64,000 bases of DNA from an uncultured delta proteobacterium (GTDB lineage Bacteria; Desulfobacterota; Desulfobacteria; Desulfobacterales; JAHEIW01). The notes below the pieces were generated by a model. The model worked only from the letters and a program-made list of their open reading frames with translations. It was not told where the DNA came from and ran no database searches. Positions 28,727 through 38,365 of this stretch are shown here, piece after piece (position 1 is the stretch's first letter; each line of letters starts with the position of its first letter). The stretch spans positions 256,001 to 320,000 of the forward strand of contig CAVPNL010000001.1 of NCBI GenBank assembly GCA_963706575.1. The letters run 5' to 3'. A program made the position numbers and the translations under genes.

Positions 28727-31700
28727 TTACATGCCGCGTCGGTATTGCCCCCCGACATCATAAAGCGCCTGGGTAATTTGCCCCAGGCTGCATACCCGCA
28801 CGGTATTCATCAGTTCCGCAAAAATATTTTCGCCCGAGAGGGCAACTTTTTGCAAGCGTTCCAGCGCTGCCGGCGCTTCCTTTTCGTGGCGTTTTTGAAA
28901 ATCTGCTAGACGCGTCAGCTGAGATTGTTTTTCCTCTTCGGTTGCCCGGGAAAGTTCGATGCTCTCATTGAGTTGATCCGGGGCGGCATCGGGATCCCGA
29001 AACGTGTTCACGCCGATGATGGGGAGTTTGCCGCTATGTTTTAGTGTCTCAGAATAAATCGATTCCTCTTGAATTTTACTGCGTTGGTAGCCTGTTTCCA
29101 TGGCGCCCAGGACCCCGCCGCGTTTGGTGATTTGATCGAATTCATATAAGACCGCTTCTTCTACAAGACGGGTCAATTCTTCGTAGATAAAGCTTCCCTG
29201 GTTCATATTTTCATTTTTGGCCAATCCCCATTCACGGTTTATAATGAGCTGGATAGCGAGGGCACGCCTGACGGATTCGGCACTGGGTGTGGTGATGGCT
29301 TCATCAAAGGCGTTGGTATGGAGACTGTTGCAATTGTCATATATGGCACAAAGCGCTTGCAGCGCTGTACGGGTATCATTGAATTGGATGTCCTGGCTGT
29401 GTAACGATCGCCCGGATGTCTGGCAGTGATATTTCAGCATCTGGGAGCGAACGGATCCGCCGTAAAGTTCGCGCATGGCGACCGCCCAGATTCGGCGCGC
29501 CACTCTCCCGATAACCGTATATTCAGGATCCATCCCGTTGGAGAAGAAGAAAGATAAATTCGGCGCAAAGCTTTCAAGGGGCATGCCGCGGGACAGGTAA
29601 TATTCTACATACGTAAAGCCGTTGGACAGCGTGAGCGCCAGCTGAGTAATCGGATTGGCGCCGGCTTCGGCGATATGATACCCTGAGATAGAGACGCTGT
29701 AATAATTGCGGACGTTGTTATCAATAAAATATTGCTGGATGTCCCCCATCACCCTCAGCGCGAATTCGATCGAAAAAATGCAGGTATTTTGTCCCTGATC
29801 CTCCTTAAGAATATCTGCCTGCACGGTACCGCGCACATTGGAAAGCACATCCGCTTTAATATTTCCATATTGCTCCTTGGAAGGCGCTTTACCGTTTTTG
29901 GCTTTGAACTTGTCTACCTCCTGGTCAATAGCGGCATTAAAAAACATCGCCAGCATCATGGGCCCCGGGCCATTGATGGTCATGGAAACGGATGTGCTGG
30001 CTGCGCACAGATCGAAACCGTCATACACGACTTTGACATCATCAAGGGTGCAGATGCTGACGCCTGAGGTGCCGATTTTCCCATATATATCCGGTCGTAT
30101 GTCCGGGTCACAACCATATAAGGTGACGGAATCATAAGCGGTTGAAAGCCGTTTGGCTTCATAATCTGCCGACAGCATTTTGAAGCGCCGATTGGTGCGG
30201 GCGGGGTCTCCCTCGCCGGCAAACATGCGGGTCGGCTCTTCATCCGCCCGTTTTAACGGGAACACGCCCGCCGTGAATGGAAATCTACCGGAGACATTTT
30301 CTTCCCGCATCCAGCGGTATATCTCCGCCGGATCTTCAAAGCGGGGCAGGGCAATTTTGGGAATCCGTATATGCGATAATGACTGCGTATACAAGGGAAC
30401 CCTGATGTCTCGATCCCGAACCTGATACACCAGTTCATCTTTACTGTAGGCATCTCTGATTTTTTCCCATTCCGCTGTGGAGTCTAAGGTCTCTTTTTTC
30501 AGCGTCGCTTCGGCTTTTTCAATTTCGTCTTTGAGCATTGAAACCAGCTTCAAAGAATCTTCTGTTTCATCATTTGCACCGGCTGATGCGTATGTTTCCT
30601 TTAAGTGCCAGACTTTTCTGAGATTTTGAGCCTGTTCGCGTGTTTGCCGGTGGTATTTTCTGATCGAATCAGCGATTTCAGAAAGGTAGCGGGTACGTGA
30701 CTGTGGAATGATGATCGTCTTGGATGAGGAGGTCCGGGTTTGAGGTCGGGGTAAGCTGGCCTTGAATTCAACACCTGTTTTTTCAGCAATTTTATCAATA
30801 ACTGCATGATAAAAGGAAGTGACCCCGTCATCATTAAATTTGGCAGCGATGGTTCCAAATACCGGCATTTCTTCAGGATCCATATCCCATAATTTTTGAT
30901 TGCGTTGGACTTGCTTGCGAACATCACGCACCGCATCATCTGCGCCGCGCTTTTCAAATTTGTTGATTACCACCAGGTCTGCAAAGTCGAGCATATCAAT
31001 TTTTTCGAGCTGAGTGGCGGCTCCAAATTCGCTGGTCATGACATAGATGGATAAGTCGACCAGATCGGCAATACTGGAATCTCCCTGCCCAATACCGGCG
31101 GTTTCAGCAATGATCAGGTCATAGCCGGCTGCCTGTGTCACCTCGATGGCATCCGGCAGCACCTCCGGCAATTCGGTTTGCGAGCGTCGTGTCGCCAGAG
31201 AACGAAAGTAAACCCGCGCATTACTGATGGCGTTCATCCGGATGCGATCGCCTAAAAGCGCCCCGCCGGTTTTTCGCCGGGATGGGTCACAGCTGATGAT
31301 GGCAATATGGACATCTTTAAGATCATGCAGCATCCGTAATATCAGTTCATCGGTCAAGGAGGATTTGCCGGCACCGCCTGTTCCCGTAATGCCGATCACC
31401 GGGGCTTTGCGTTTTTCGAGTTTCTGTGACAGCTGGGCCCTGATGGCCTTAAAGTTCCCGTTTCCCCGGGTTTTGGCTTGCTCTGCGGCGCTGATCAGAT
31501 TGGCCACCAGCAGCGGGTTGGCGGGGTTCAGGTCGTTTAAATCAAAATTGTTATTTTGGACGGTCGAAAAATCGATGGCCGCAACCATGTGGTTAATCAT
31601 TCCCTGGAGCCCCATGCGGGCACCATCTTCCGGTGTATAAATCTTGGCGACGCCGTATGACTCCAGTTCTTTGACCTCCTCCGGTACAATCACGCCGCCG

Positions 31701-32005
31701 CCACCGCCAAAAACCTTGATATGCGAGGCTTCCTTTTCTTTTAGAAGATCAATCATATATTTGAAAAATTCCACATGGCCGCCCTGATAGCTCGATACGG
31801 CCACGCCCTGGACATCTTCCTCAATGGCAGCCTCCACGATTTCCTGAACCGATCGATTGTGTCCGAGATGAATCACTTCTACACCGGTGTCCTGCAGAAT
31901 CCGGCGCATAATATTGATGGCGGCATCATGGCCGTCGAATAGAGAGGTTGCTGTGACAACCCGTACATCGTTCTTGGGTTTGTATACCTCAACTTCCGTT
32001 GTCAT
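28727..32005 (-). CDS. icmF: Fused isobutyryl-CoA mutase / MeaI GTPase (IcmF)
   Basis: N-terminal [10 protein letters not shown]12 domain, GTGGAGKSS GTPase, TRMFAGEG mutase domain; 1092 aa. Confidence 0.96.
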   Translation of the reverse strand: MTTEVEVYKPKNDVRVVTATSLFDGHDAAINIMRRILQDTGVEVIHLGHNRSVQEIVEAAIEEDVQGVAVSSYQGGHVEFFKYMIDLLKEKEASHIKVFGGGGGVIVPEEVKELESYGVAKIYTPEDGARMGLQGMINHMVAAIDFSTVQNNNFDLNDLNPANPLLVANLISAAEQAKTRGNGNFKAIRAQLSQKLEKRKAPVIGITGTGGAGKSSLTDELILRMLHDLKDVHIAIISCDPSRRKTGGALLGDRIRMNAISNARVYFRSLATRRSQTELPEVLPDAIEVTQAAGYDLIIAETAGIGQGDSSIADLVDLSIYVMTSEFGAATQLEKIDMLDFADLVVINKFEKRGADDAVRDVRKQVQRNQKLWDMDPEEMPVFGTIAAKFNDDGVTSFYHAVIDKIAEKTGVEFKASLPRPQTRTSSSKTIIIPQSRTRYLSEIADSIRKYHRQTREQAQNLRKVWHLKETYASAGANDETEDSLKLVSMLKDEIEKAEATLKKETLDSTAEWEKIRDAYSKDELVYQVRDRDIRVPLYTQSLSHIRIPKIALPRFEDPAEIYRWMREENVSGRFPFTAGVFPLKRADEEPTRMFAGEGDPARTNRRFKMLSADYEAKRLSTAYDSVTLYGCDPDIRPDIYGKIGTSGVSICTLDDVKVVYDGFDLCAASTSVSMTINGPGPMMLAMFFNAAIDQEVDKFKAKNGKAPSKEQYGNIKADVLSNVRGTVQADILKEDQGQNTCIFSIEFALRVMGDIQQYFIDNNVRNYYSVSISGYHIAEAGANPITQLALTLSNGFTYVEYYLSRGMPLESFAPNLSFFFSNGMDPEYTVIGRVARRIWAVAMRELYGGSVRSQMLKYHCQTSGRSLHSQDIQFNDTRTALQALCAIYDNCNSLHTNAFDEAITTPSAESVRRALAIQLIINREWGLAKNENMNQGSFIYEELTRLVEEAVLYEFDQITKRGGVLGAMETGYQRSKIQEESIYSETLKHSGKLPIIGVNTFRDPDAAPDQLNESIELSRATEEEKQSQLTRLADFQKRHEKEAPAALERLQKVALSGENIFAELMNTVRVCSLGQITQALYDVGGQYRRGM

Positions 32006-32091
32006 TTTACCTCCTCAACTTCGGTTATAAATCTTAATTGCCATCAACAGCCGAACATAAGTCGAAAACATAAGGATGTTGATTACAGCAC

Positions 32092-32237
32092 TAGAAGTGG
32101 TTTCAAAACCCCATCTAAGGGACAATGGCTGCGTTGCAGTCCTCCGATAAATGCTCACATACCAATGTATGCTGCGCTTTCTCGATCGGCCTGCGCCTTG
32201 CCCTTGAACCTTATCTGAGGCTTTGAAACCACTTCTA
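32092..32237. mobile_element. 146-bp MITE-like element with perfect 16-bp terminal inverted repeats
   Basis: TAGAAGTGGTTTCAAA ... TTTGAAACCACTTCTA with a central CATAC-N4-GTATG hairpin; its end coincides with the TAG stop of the TetR gene. Confidence 0.75.
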
Positions 32238-32885
32238 TGATGATTTTTTCCCACCGGCAAACATTCCAAAAATGATGTCGGTTTGCAACTGAATATAATC
32301 TTCAATACTGTAGTGGTGGGCTAAATACCACCGCCTGAAGGTCCACATGTGCCCCAATATGACAATATTGTGGGCCGCCAGTTCAAGATTGTTTTCACTT
32401 AGCTTTATCAGGTCGTCGGAATGGGCGATGCCGGCAAGCGCTTCCACAAAAAGGCCGGTGATACGGAGCTCATTTTCCAGCACCCGTTTTTGCCACTGGG
32501 ATGGTAGGGATTGGGTTTCCTGGTAGATCAAAAGGATAAAATCACTCATCCGATGGCATACCATAAAGTATTCATGGATGATTTTCGCCAATGCATCTCT
32601 GCCCCCGGCCGCCTGGGACATGGCTGCGGTCACACCGCGCTCCACCTCTGCGTGGATCGATTCGCAAACCATGTACAATATGTCTTCCTTTGACGCGAAA
32701 TATTCATACAGAGAACCGATGGAAAACCCGGCTGCACCGGCGATCTGCCGGGTTGTGGTTTTATGAAATCCCTTATCGATAAACAGCTGTACGGCCGCAT
32801 CGGCAATCTGCCGTCGTCTGCGATCCACCAGTTCCGGATCTTTGACCTGGGTAGGGATATCTTTTGTTCGGTCCAGTTCTTCCAT
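32235..32885 (-). CDS. TetR/AcrR-family transcriptional regulator
   Basis: AAVQLFIDKGFHKTTTRQIAGAAGFSIGSLYEYFASKEDI; immediately upstream of icmF. Confidence 0.95.
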   Translation of the reverse strand: MEELDRTKDIPTQVKDPELVDRRRRQIADAAVQLFIDKGFHKTTTRQIAGAAGFSIGSLYEYFASKEDILYMVCESIHAEVERGVTAAMSQAAGGRDALAKIIHEYFMVCHRMSDFILLIYQETQSLPSQWQKRVLENELRITGLFVEALAGIAHSDDLIKLSENNLELAAHNIVILGHMWTFRRWYLAHHYSIEDYIQLQTDIIFGMFAGGKKSS

Positions 32886-32941
32886 TATAACCGTATGATA
32901 TTATTGTATATTTATTTGTAACAACAGACCGATACGTTGTC

Positions 32942-32959
32942 TGAACGAGCGCTCAATCA
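32942..32959. promoter_or_regulatory. Putative TetR operator 1
   Basis: TGAACGAGCGCTCAATCA palindrome just downstream of a minus-strand TTGACA (32985-32990). Confidence 0.6.
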
Positions 32960-33122
32960 ATAAATAACATGTCTTATTTTTACTTGTCAAGTTATTCGCC
33001 AGTACAACCTTAGATTATATTTAACTAATTGAAATAATATGTAAAAGAAAATTACTAAACGGATTGTCGATTTCTGATGAGAATTTGTTTTGTTGGCGAA
33101 GATTTAATTAAGAGGGGTTATG

Positions 33123-33140
33123 TGAATGAGCGCTCGCTCA
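33123..33140. promoter_or_regulatory. Putative TetR operator 2
   Basis: TGAATGAGCGCTCGCTCA, a second copy of the same 18-bp palindrome. Confidence 0.55.
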
Positions 33141-33249
33141 CAGGTATAAATTACTGATAGGATATCAAATGGTTTTACCGATTCTGTGAAGTCAGGCCGA
33201 TCAGTCGAGGGCAGGGGGCAGACTGACTTATGCTGACGGTGAGCGAATT

Positions 33250-34299
33250 TTACCCAGCTGAAGAGAAACTAATCTTTTTCATGTCATCCAATCGTCCCAG
33301 CACACTGCCTTCCAGCGCAAAGAGCGTGCGCTCGCAGGGACAGGTGCGGTCGGCCACGGTTACAATGTCGCGTGTCCGATAACGTATGAAGGGCGTCGCG
33401 CGTCTATCCAGATTGGTCAATACCAGTTCACCCGTACCGCCGGGTCCCAAGGGCTCATCGGTTTCAAGATCCAGAACCTCCGGGTAAGCCCAGTCTTCAT
33501 TGACATGCGTCACGCCGGATTGAAATTCACAATTATAGCCCCAGGGGCCGATTTCAGTGGAGCCCAGAAAATCGAATGCCTTGCAACCATAGGCACTTTC
33601 GATCTTATTTTTAACCCCGGGAATCACAGCGCCGGGTTCGCCCGTGTGCCAGGAGAGCCTGATACGAGCTTTCATGGCAAGATCGATGTCGCTTTTTGCG
33701 GCAACATCCGCCATATGAATGGCATAGGACGGGGTGGCGCCAATGACCGTGATCGGATAAGTGGCCAGGGCGTTGATGCGTTGTTCGGTCTTCATGCCCC
33801 CGGATGCAAAAAGCAGGCAGCCGATTTCCTGGCAGGCGTACCATCCGGCCCAAAACCCGATCCAGGGGCCGAAGCTGAACACGGGCATGACCATGTCGGT
33901 CTTGCGGATCCCGTAAGCATAGAGCATGCGGGCGTAAATATGACAAAATTGGGACCAATCCTCAGGTGTGTCGAGAATTTTAATAGGGGTGCCGGTGGTA
34001 CCGGATGTCATGTGCACCCGCTGGGTTTCCTCCATTGGAACTGCCAGCATGCTGCCCCAGGGCGCATGGGCCTCCTGGTCTTTGCGTAAGTCTTCTTTGG
34101 TTAGAAAAGGCAGTCTTTTTATGTCATCCAGTGTGCGGATCTGATCCGGCGTGATATTGGCCTTCTGGAAATGTTTTTTATAAAATAGGCTATGATCCCA
34201 GGCGTGTTGAACCAGGGCTTTGAGTTTGCGCTCCTGCAAACCCCTGAGTTCATCCCGTGATGCCGTCTCAATTTCAGGATCATAATAGCGGCTTGCCAT
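33250..34299 (-). pseudogene. PaaK-family CoA ligase truncated at the 3' end
   Basis: HMTSGTTG, ATPSYA, TGEPG and RYRTRD are intact, but the ORF ends a few residues after LGRLDDM. The ~90-aa C-terminal domain present in 8462-9778 is absent. Confidence 0.8.
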
Positions 34300-34317
34300 A
34301 GGTCCTCCTTCGCAAAA

Positions 34318-35136
34318 TTATAATTTTAACAACCTGGCCGCATTTTCACCCAGAATCATTCGTTTGGCTTCTTCTTTTATACTTAAGCCCTGCAGGGCGG
34401 TTATATTTTCTTTGATGGTGGGCACAGCCGGCCAGTCGGAGCCGTAGATCACTTTATGGGCGATGCGCTCGAGTTCCGGAAAATAATTTAATAGATTTTG
34501 CGGTGGCAGCCCGGAAACTTCCATGTACACATTTTCATGAATCCGGGCCAGCGTCAGCGCTTTTTGATACCAGAATGGGCGCCCGCTGTGAGCCTGAAGC
34601 AGTTTGAGTTTCGGAAAATCCACTGCAACATCATCCAGGTAAAGGGGATCTCCGTATTTTAGCCGGGCGCCGCTGAATATAGACGAGCCGATATGAAGCA
34701 ATACCGGGATGTCCAGCTCCTGTGCCTTGGCGTACAGCGGATAGATTTTGGTCTCGTTGGGATAGAAATGCTGATAGGTCGGATAAAGTTTTAAGCCCCT
34801 GAAACCCTGGTGTCGCACCAATTCCTCCAATTCATCATCCGGTCTCTCAGATGTGTTCGGGTCAATGCTGGCAAAGGGTATCAGGCGTGGACTATGAGAG
34901 CAGAATTTCGCCACATCCTCATTGGCAGCGATTCCGGAAGTGATGGGAGCAAGTTCTGCCAGGATCACCGCATAATCAATACCGGCCTCATCCATTAGTC
35001 CCACAAAGGCTTGCGGTGAAGAATAGGTCTCAAGCATCCAGTCCAGGCGCTCTCCCCATCCCTGCTGCAAAAGTTCCGTATAATCCGGTGTCCGGCTGCG
35101 ATAATACGCGGTATGGACATGAAAATCGATAATCAT
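34318..35136 (-). CDS. Amidohydrolase-2 family metal-dependent TIM-barrel protein
   Basis: IIDFHVH, GLKLYP, VLLHIG, AHSG, YGSDWP. Confidence 0.92.
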   Translation of the reverse strand: MIIDFHVHTAYYRSRTPDYTELLQQGWGERLDWMLETYSSPQAFVGLMDEAGIDYAVILAELAPITSGIAANEDVAKFCSHSPRLIPFASIDPNTSERPDDELEELVRHQGFRGLKLYPTYQHFYPNETKIYPLYAKAQELDIPVLLHIGSSIFSGARLKYGDPLYLDDVAVDFPKLKLLQAHSGRPFWYQKALTLARIHENVYMEVSGLPPQNLLNYFPELERIAHKVIYGSDWPAVPTIKENITALQGLSIKEEAKRMILGENAARLLKL

Positions 35137-35303
35137 TTTTCACCACCTGTTTTGACTTTAATTCTGGCGCAGACGTAATTACAGTTCTGGCAAATCCCGC
35201 CGTGATGCTGACGCAATTGGAGATGGCTCGTGTCCAGCTTGTTTTTGAAAAAGTAGTGTCGGTTGCAGACGCGGCAATATCCCCTCAGGTACAGGGGATT
35301 CAT
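35133..35303 (-). CDS. Small hypothetical protein with two CxxC motifs (possible zinc ribbon)
   Basis: MNPLYLRGYCRVCNRHYFF...GICQNCNYVCARIKVK. Its stop overlaps the amidohydrolase start (ATGA). Start uncertain: ATG 35303, or CTG 35324 after AGGAGG. Confidence 0.45.
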   Translation of the reverse strand: MNPLYLRGYCRVCNRHYFFKNKLDTSHLQLRQHHGGICQNCNYVCARIKVKTGGEK

Positions 35304-35426
35304 ATCCTTGGTTTGACGCTCCAGGTCCTGTCCTCCTGGATGATTTGTATTCCTACGTTTCACTATTATCCTTGTAATGCTTTTATAACAGCCTGGCGGC
35401 TCATGACGGTCAAAGTTCGGGAAACG

Positions 35427-35464
35427 AGATTGGGGGAGGGTAACCTTTAGACCCCTCCCCAATC
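35427..35464. terminator. GC-rich stem-loop after the ADP-forming synthetase
   Basis: GATTGGGGGAGGGT...ACCCCTCCCCAATC. Confidence 0.45.
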
Positions 35465-35540
35465 ATCTATCAAATCCAATCGTTCAATATTCGATTTGCA
35501 GATCCGAGTTGACGGTTAACCGAGACTCTGCGCATCGGTT

Positions 35541-37694
35541 TTACGACGGCAGCAATGGATCCGGCTGCTGCCGCTCGTGATCGATGGCATAGCGCCTTGC
35601 GGCGGTGAGTGCTTTTACGGCGATTCCGGTGGTATCAAAAAAGGGCATATTCAACCCATCGACTTCTTTGAGCCACCGCTGCTTTACTACGCCGCCAATC
35701 AACACGGAATAGAGTGGCTTTTCAGGATGAAGCTCCTTGGCCTTCTGGTAGACATCCCGGATACCTTCGAAATCCGCGTTCGCCAGACCCAACAGGATCA
35801 CCAGAACGGCATCCACATTCTCGTCATCCAATACCGAATGGATGCCCTCTTCGTGGGCGAGGCGGTTGCCAGCCCCCAGGGCCGCCCAGAGGTCAAGCGG
35901 ATTTGCGGGCGGTTGCCACTCCGGTAGAAACTTTTTGATACGTTCCCGGGTCCTGGGGCTGAATTCAGCCTGCACAAAACCGTTGGCCTCCAGCTCGTCC
36001 GAGGCCATCACGCCATTGGCGCCGCTGAAGGTTACGATACCGACCCGGTTTCCCTGGGGCAGCGGCTGGTACTGAAAAACCTTCATATACTCCAGAAATT
36101 CCTCCAGGTCGTATGCCCGGGTAATTCCATACTGCCGGTAGGCGTAATCGACGATCTTATCGTCGAGGGCCAGGGAACCGGTATGCGAGGCTGAGGCTTT
36201 GGCGCCTGCTTTCGTGCGGCTGGGCTTTAGCACCACAATCGGCATGTCTGCTTTGGCCTTATTCGCAATCGAGAAAAAGCGACGGGGGTTTTGCATGCCT
36301 TCCAGATAAAGCGCCACCTGATCGCTTCCCGGGTCTTTCCAGGCCCACTCCAGGTAATCACTTTCGTCCAGATCGATTTTGTTGCCGAATATAATACTTT
36401 TGCCGATCCCGATGCGCTGAACGGTTCGTGTCATCAGCTGATCGGCCACCGCGCCGGCAAAGATTCCGGATTGGCCGCCCAATGCAATGGAGCCATCCTC
36501 CCAGTTTTCAAACAGAATGAAGCTGGCCACCAGTTTCTGGTCCATGTTGATGAATCCGATTGAGTTGGGTCCCATGCAGCGGACGCCGGTTTTTCTGATC
36601 AGCTCGGCCAGCTTTTCCTGCTCTTTTTTGCCTTCCTCTCCGACCTCGGCAAAGCCTGCCGCTATGATTACCGCTGCTTTTACACCCTTTTTGTAGCAAT
36701 CCTCAAACAGGGTCGGCACAAACTTGCCCGGCAGAAGAAAGAAGACCAGGTCGATATCACCCGGCACATCGAGGATTTTAGGATAGGCCTTGAGACCGAT
36801 GATCTCGTCGGCTTTGGGGTTGATGGGGTATACTTTTCCCGGAAAACCGTTGACCACAATATTTTTCAGCAATACGTGGCCGGTTTTGGTTGGATTGGTT
36901 GAAGCACCGATGACAGCCACGGACTTGGGTTCCAGGACGGCCCTGATGTCATTGAGGACATCACTTTTAGCGGGTTGTTCTATGGCGTCTTCTTTTTGTT
37001 TGAGGGTAATCAGGGCGTCCAGTGCCAGAATCCGATCACCTTTAACCACAAGGGGATTGATGTCCAATTCTTCGATGTCGGCATGAAATTTGACCGCCAG
37101 CTCCGAAAGCCGGGCAATGGTCTGTGCAAGCGCCGTTCTGTCGGCGCGCGCTTGCCCGCGGTAACCGTCGAGCATCTTTGACCCTTTAATCTCATCCAGC
37201 ATCTCGGCAGCACCACTTTCATCAATCGGTGCCAGGCGTAATGTGACATCTTTCAACAACTCTACGAACACGCCCCCGAGACCAAATGCCACCACCGGGC
37301 CGAAAGGGGGACGGTTGGCGACGCCCAAAATCGTCTCAATACCGCCTTCCACCATTTCCTGAACAAGAACACCGTCGATTTTGGCAGCGGGATGCTTTTC
37401 ATTTATGGCATTCATAATTTCCTGGTATGCCTTGCGAACAGCTTCATCGTCAGCGAGTCCCACCTTTACGCCACCGGCATCAGTCTTGTGTAAAATGTCG
37501 GGTGATGAAATCTTTAATACGACCGGGTACCCGATATTTTGGGCGCTGGATACCGCTGCTTCCTCACTGTTGGCCAATTCTTCACGTGTGCCGGCAATTC
37601 CCGCAGCTGCCAGCACCTGCTTGGCTTCAAATTCAGTCAGTTTGGTTCTCCCATCCCTTCGGACGTCTTCCAGGATCTGTTCAATTTCCGCCAT
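35541..37694 (-). CDS. ADP-forming acyl-CoA synthetase (acetate-CoA ligase family), ATP-grasp domain N-terminal
   Basis: GYPVVLKI..HKTDAGGV and ELDINPL, then the CoA-binding VAVIGAS and the phospho-His motif SHTGSLA. Confidence 0.92.
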   Translation of the reverse strand: MAEIEQILEDVRRDGRTKLTEFEAKQVLAAAGIAGTREELANSEEAAVSSAQNIGYPVVLKISSPDILHKTDAGGVKVGLADDEAVRKAYQEIMNAINEKHPAAKIDGVLVQEMVEGGIETILGVANRPPFGPVVAFGLGGVFVELLKDVTLRLAPIDESGAAEMLDEIKGSKMLDGYRGQARADRTALAQTIARLSELAVKFHADIEELDINPLVVKGDRILALDALITLKQKEDAIEQPAKSDVLNDIRAVLEPKSVAVIGASTNPTKTGHVLLKNIVVNGFPGKVYPINPKADEIIGLKAYPKILDVPGDIDLVFFLLPGKFVPTLFEDCYKKGVKAAVIIAAGFAEVGEEGKKEQEKLAELIRKTGVRCMGPNSIGFINMDQKLVASFILFENWEDGSIALGGQSGIFAGAVADQLMTRTVQRIGIGKSIIFGNKIDLDESDYLEWAWKDPGSDQVALYLEGMQNPRRFFSIANKAKADMPIVVLKPSRTKAGAKASASHTGSLALDDKIVDYAYRQYGITRAYDLEEFLEYMKVFQYQPLPQGNRVGIVTFSGANGVMASDELEANGFVQAEFSPRTRERIKKFLPEWQPPANPLDLWAALGAGNRLAHEEGIHSVLDDENVDAVLVILLGLANADFEGIRDVYQKAKELHPEKPLYSVLIGGVVKQRWLKEVDGLNMPFFDTTGIAVKALTAARRYAIDHERQQPDPLLPS

Positions 37695-37748
37695 TATCTT
37701 ACCTCCTAAATAAGGTGTTTAGTAATTGCCTTTTTAATTGATAGTGAC

Positions 37749-38081
37749 CTAGTGTCATGTCCCAGAAATGTCGGCTAAAATATTATTCCGTTCTGAGTCG
37801 TGGTATCGATCCGTCATTCCCGTGCAGCAGACTGTGTCGTAATTCAAAAAAGCGCTTAAATTCTGCCTGTCATGCCGGACTTGATCCGGCATCCAGAACT
37901 GTAACACTTTGAAAAAGCACTGGATTCCGGGTCAAGCCCGGAATGACAAAAAGGCTCATTTTCCTCGCTTGAAGATTATGTCACAGCCTCGCAGGCGGGA
38001 GTCCAGTTCAAAGACGCCTGGATTCCCGCCTGCGAGGCTGTGACATTCATTTTGCAACTTATTTATAGGACATGACACTAG
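37749..38081. mobile_element. MITE-like element with nested REP-like palindromes
   Basis: TIRs CTAGTGTCATGTCC (37749) and GGACATGACACTAG (38068-38081). Internal GTCATGCCGGACTTGATCCGGCATCCAG...CTGGATTCCGGGTCAAGCCCGGAATGAC, and a hairpin with 29-bp arms at 37978-38046. Confidence 0.7.
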
Positions 38082-38274
38082 ATACTATCTCAAAACTGCA
38101 TAAATGCTCGCTAGTTGAGCGGCTTGTTCTGTTAGCCCGTTAGCGCCTTGTTCAGTTGACCGTAAAAAATAGTATTTTTTTTATCGGTCTCAACTGGTCC
38201 AACGGAACAAAGTGCTCAACTGGCAAACCTATAGAATATATAACTTCCCTAAATCTCGCCCCTGCTGGACGAAA

Positions 38275-38332
38275 AATTAGCCACTCGCCTGGAACTCAGT
38301 GCGAGGTCATAAGCCATGGCGAGTGGCTAGTT
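38275..38332. terminator. Stem-loop downstream of the binding-protein gene
   Basis: AATTAGCCACTCGCC ... GGCGAGTGGCTAGTT. Confidence 0.45.
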
Positions 38333-38365
38333 GAATTCGCGACTCCGTTTATGAACAAAGTCGTT

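Noticed and set aside
32015..32305. 96-aa ORF between tetR and icmF (likewise 1945-2142)
   Set aside because: It is read-through of the 146-bp MITE sequence, not an independent gene.
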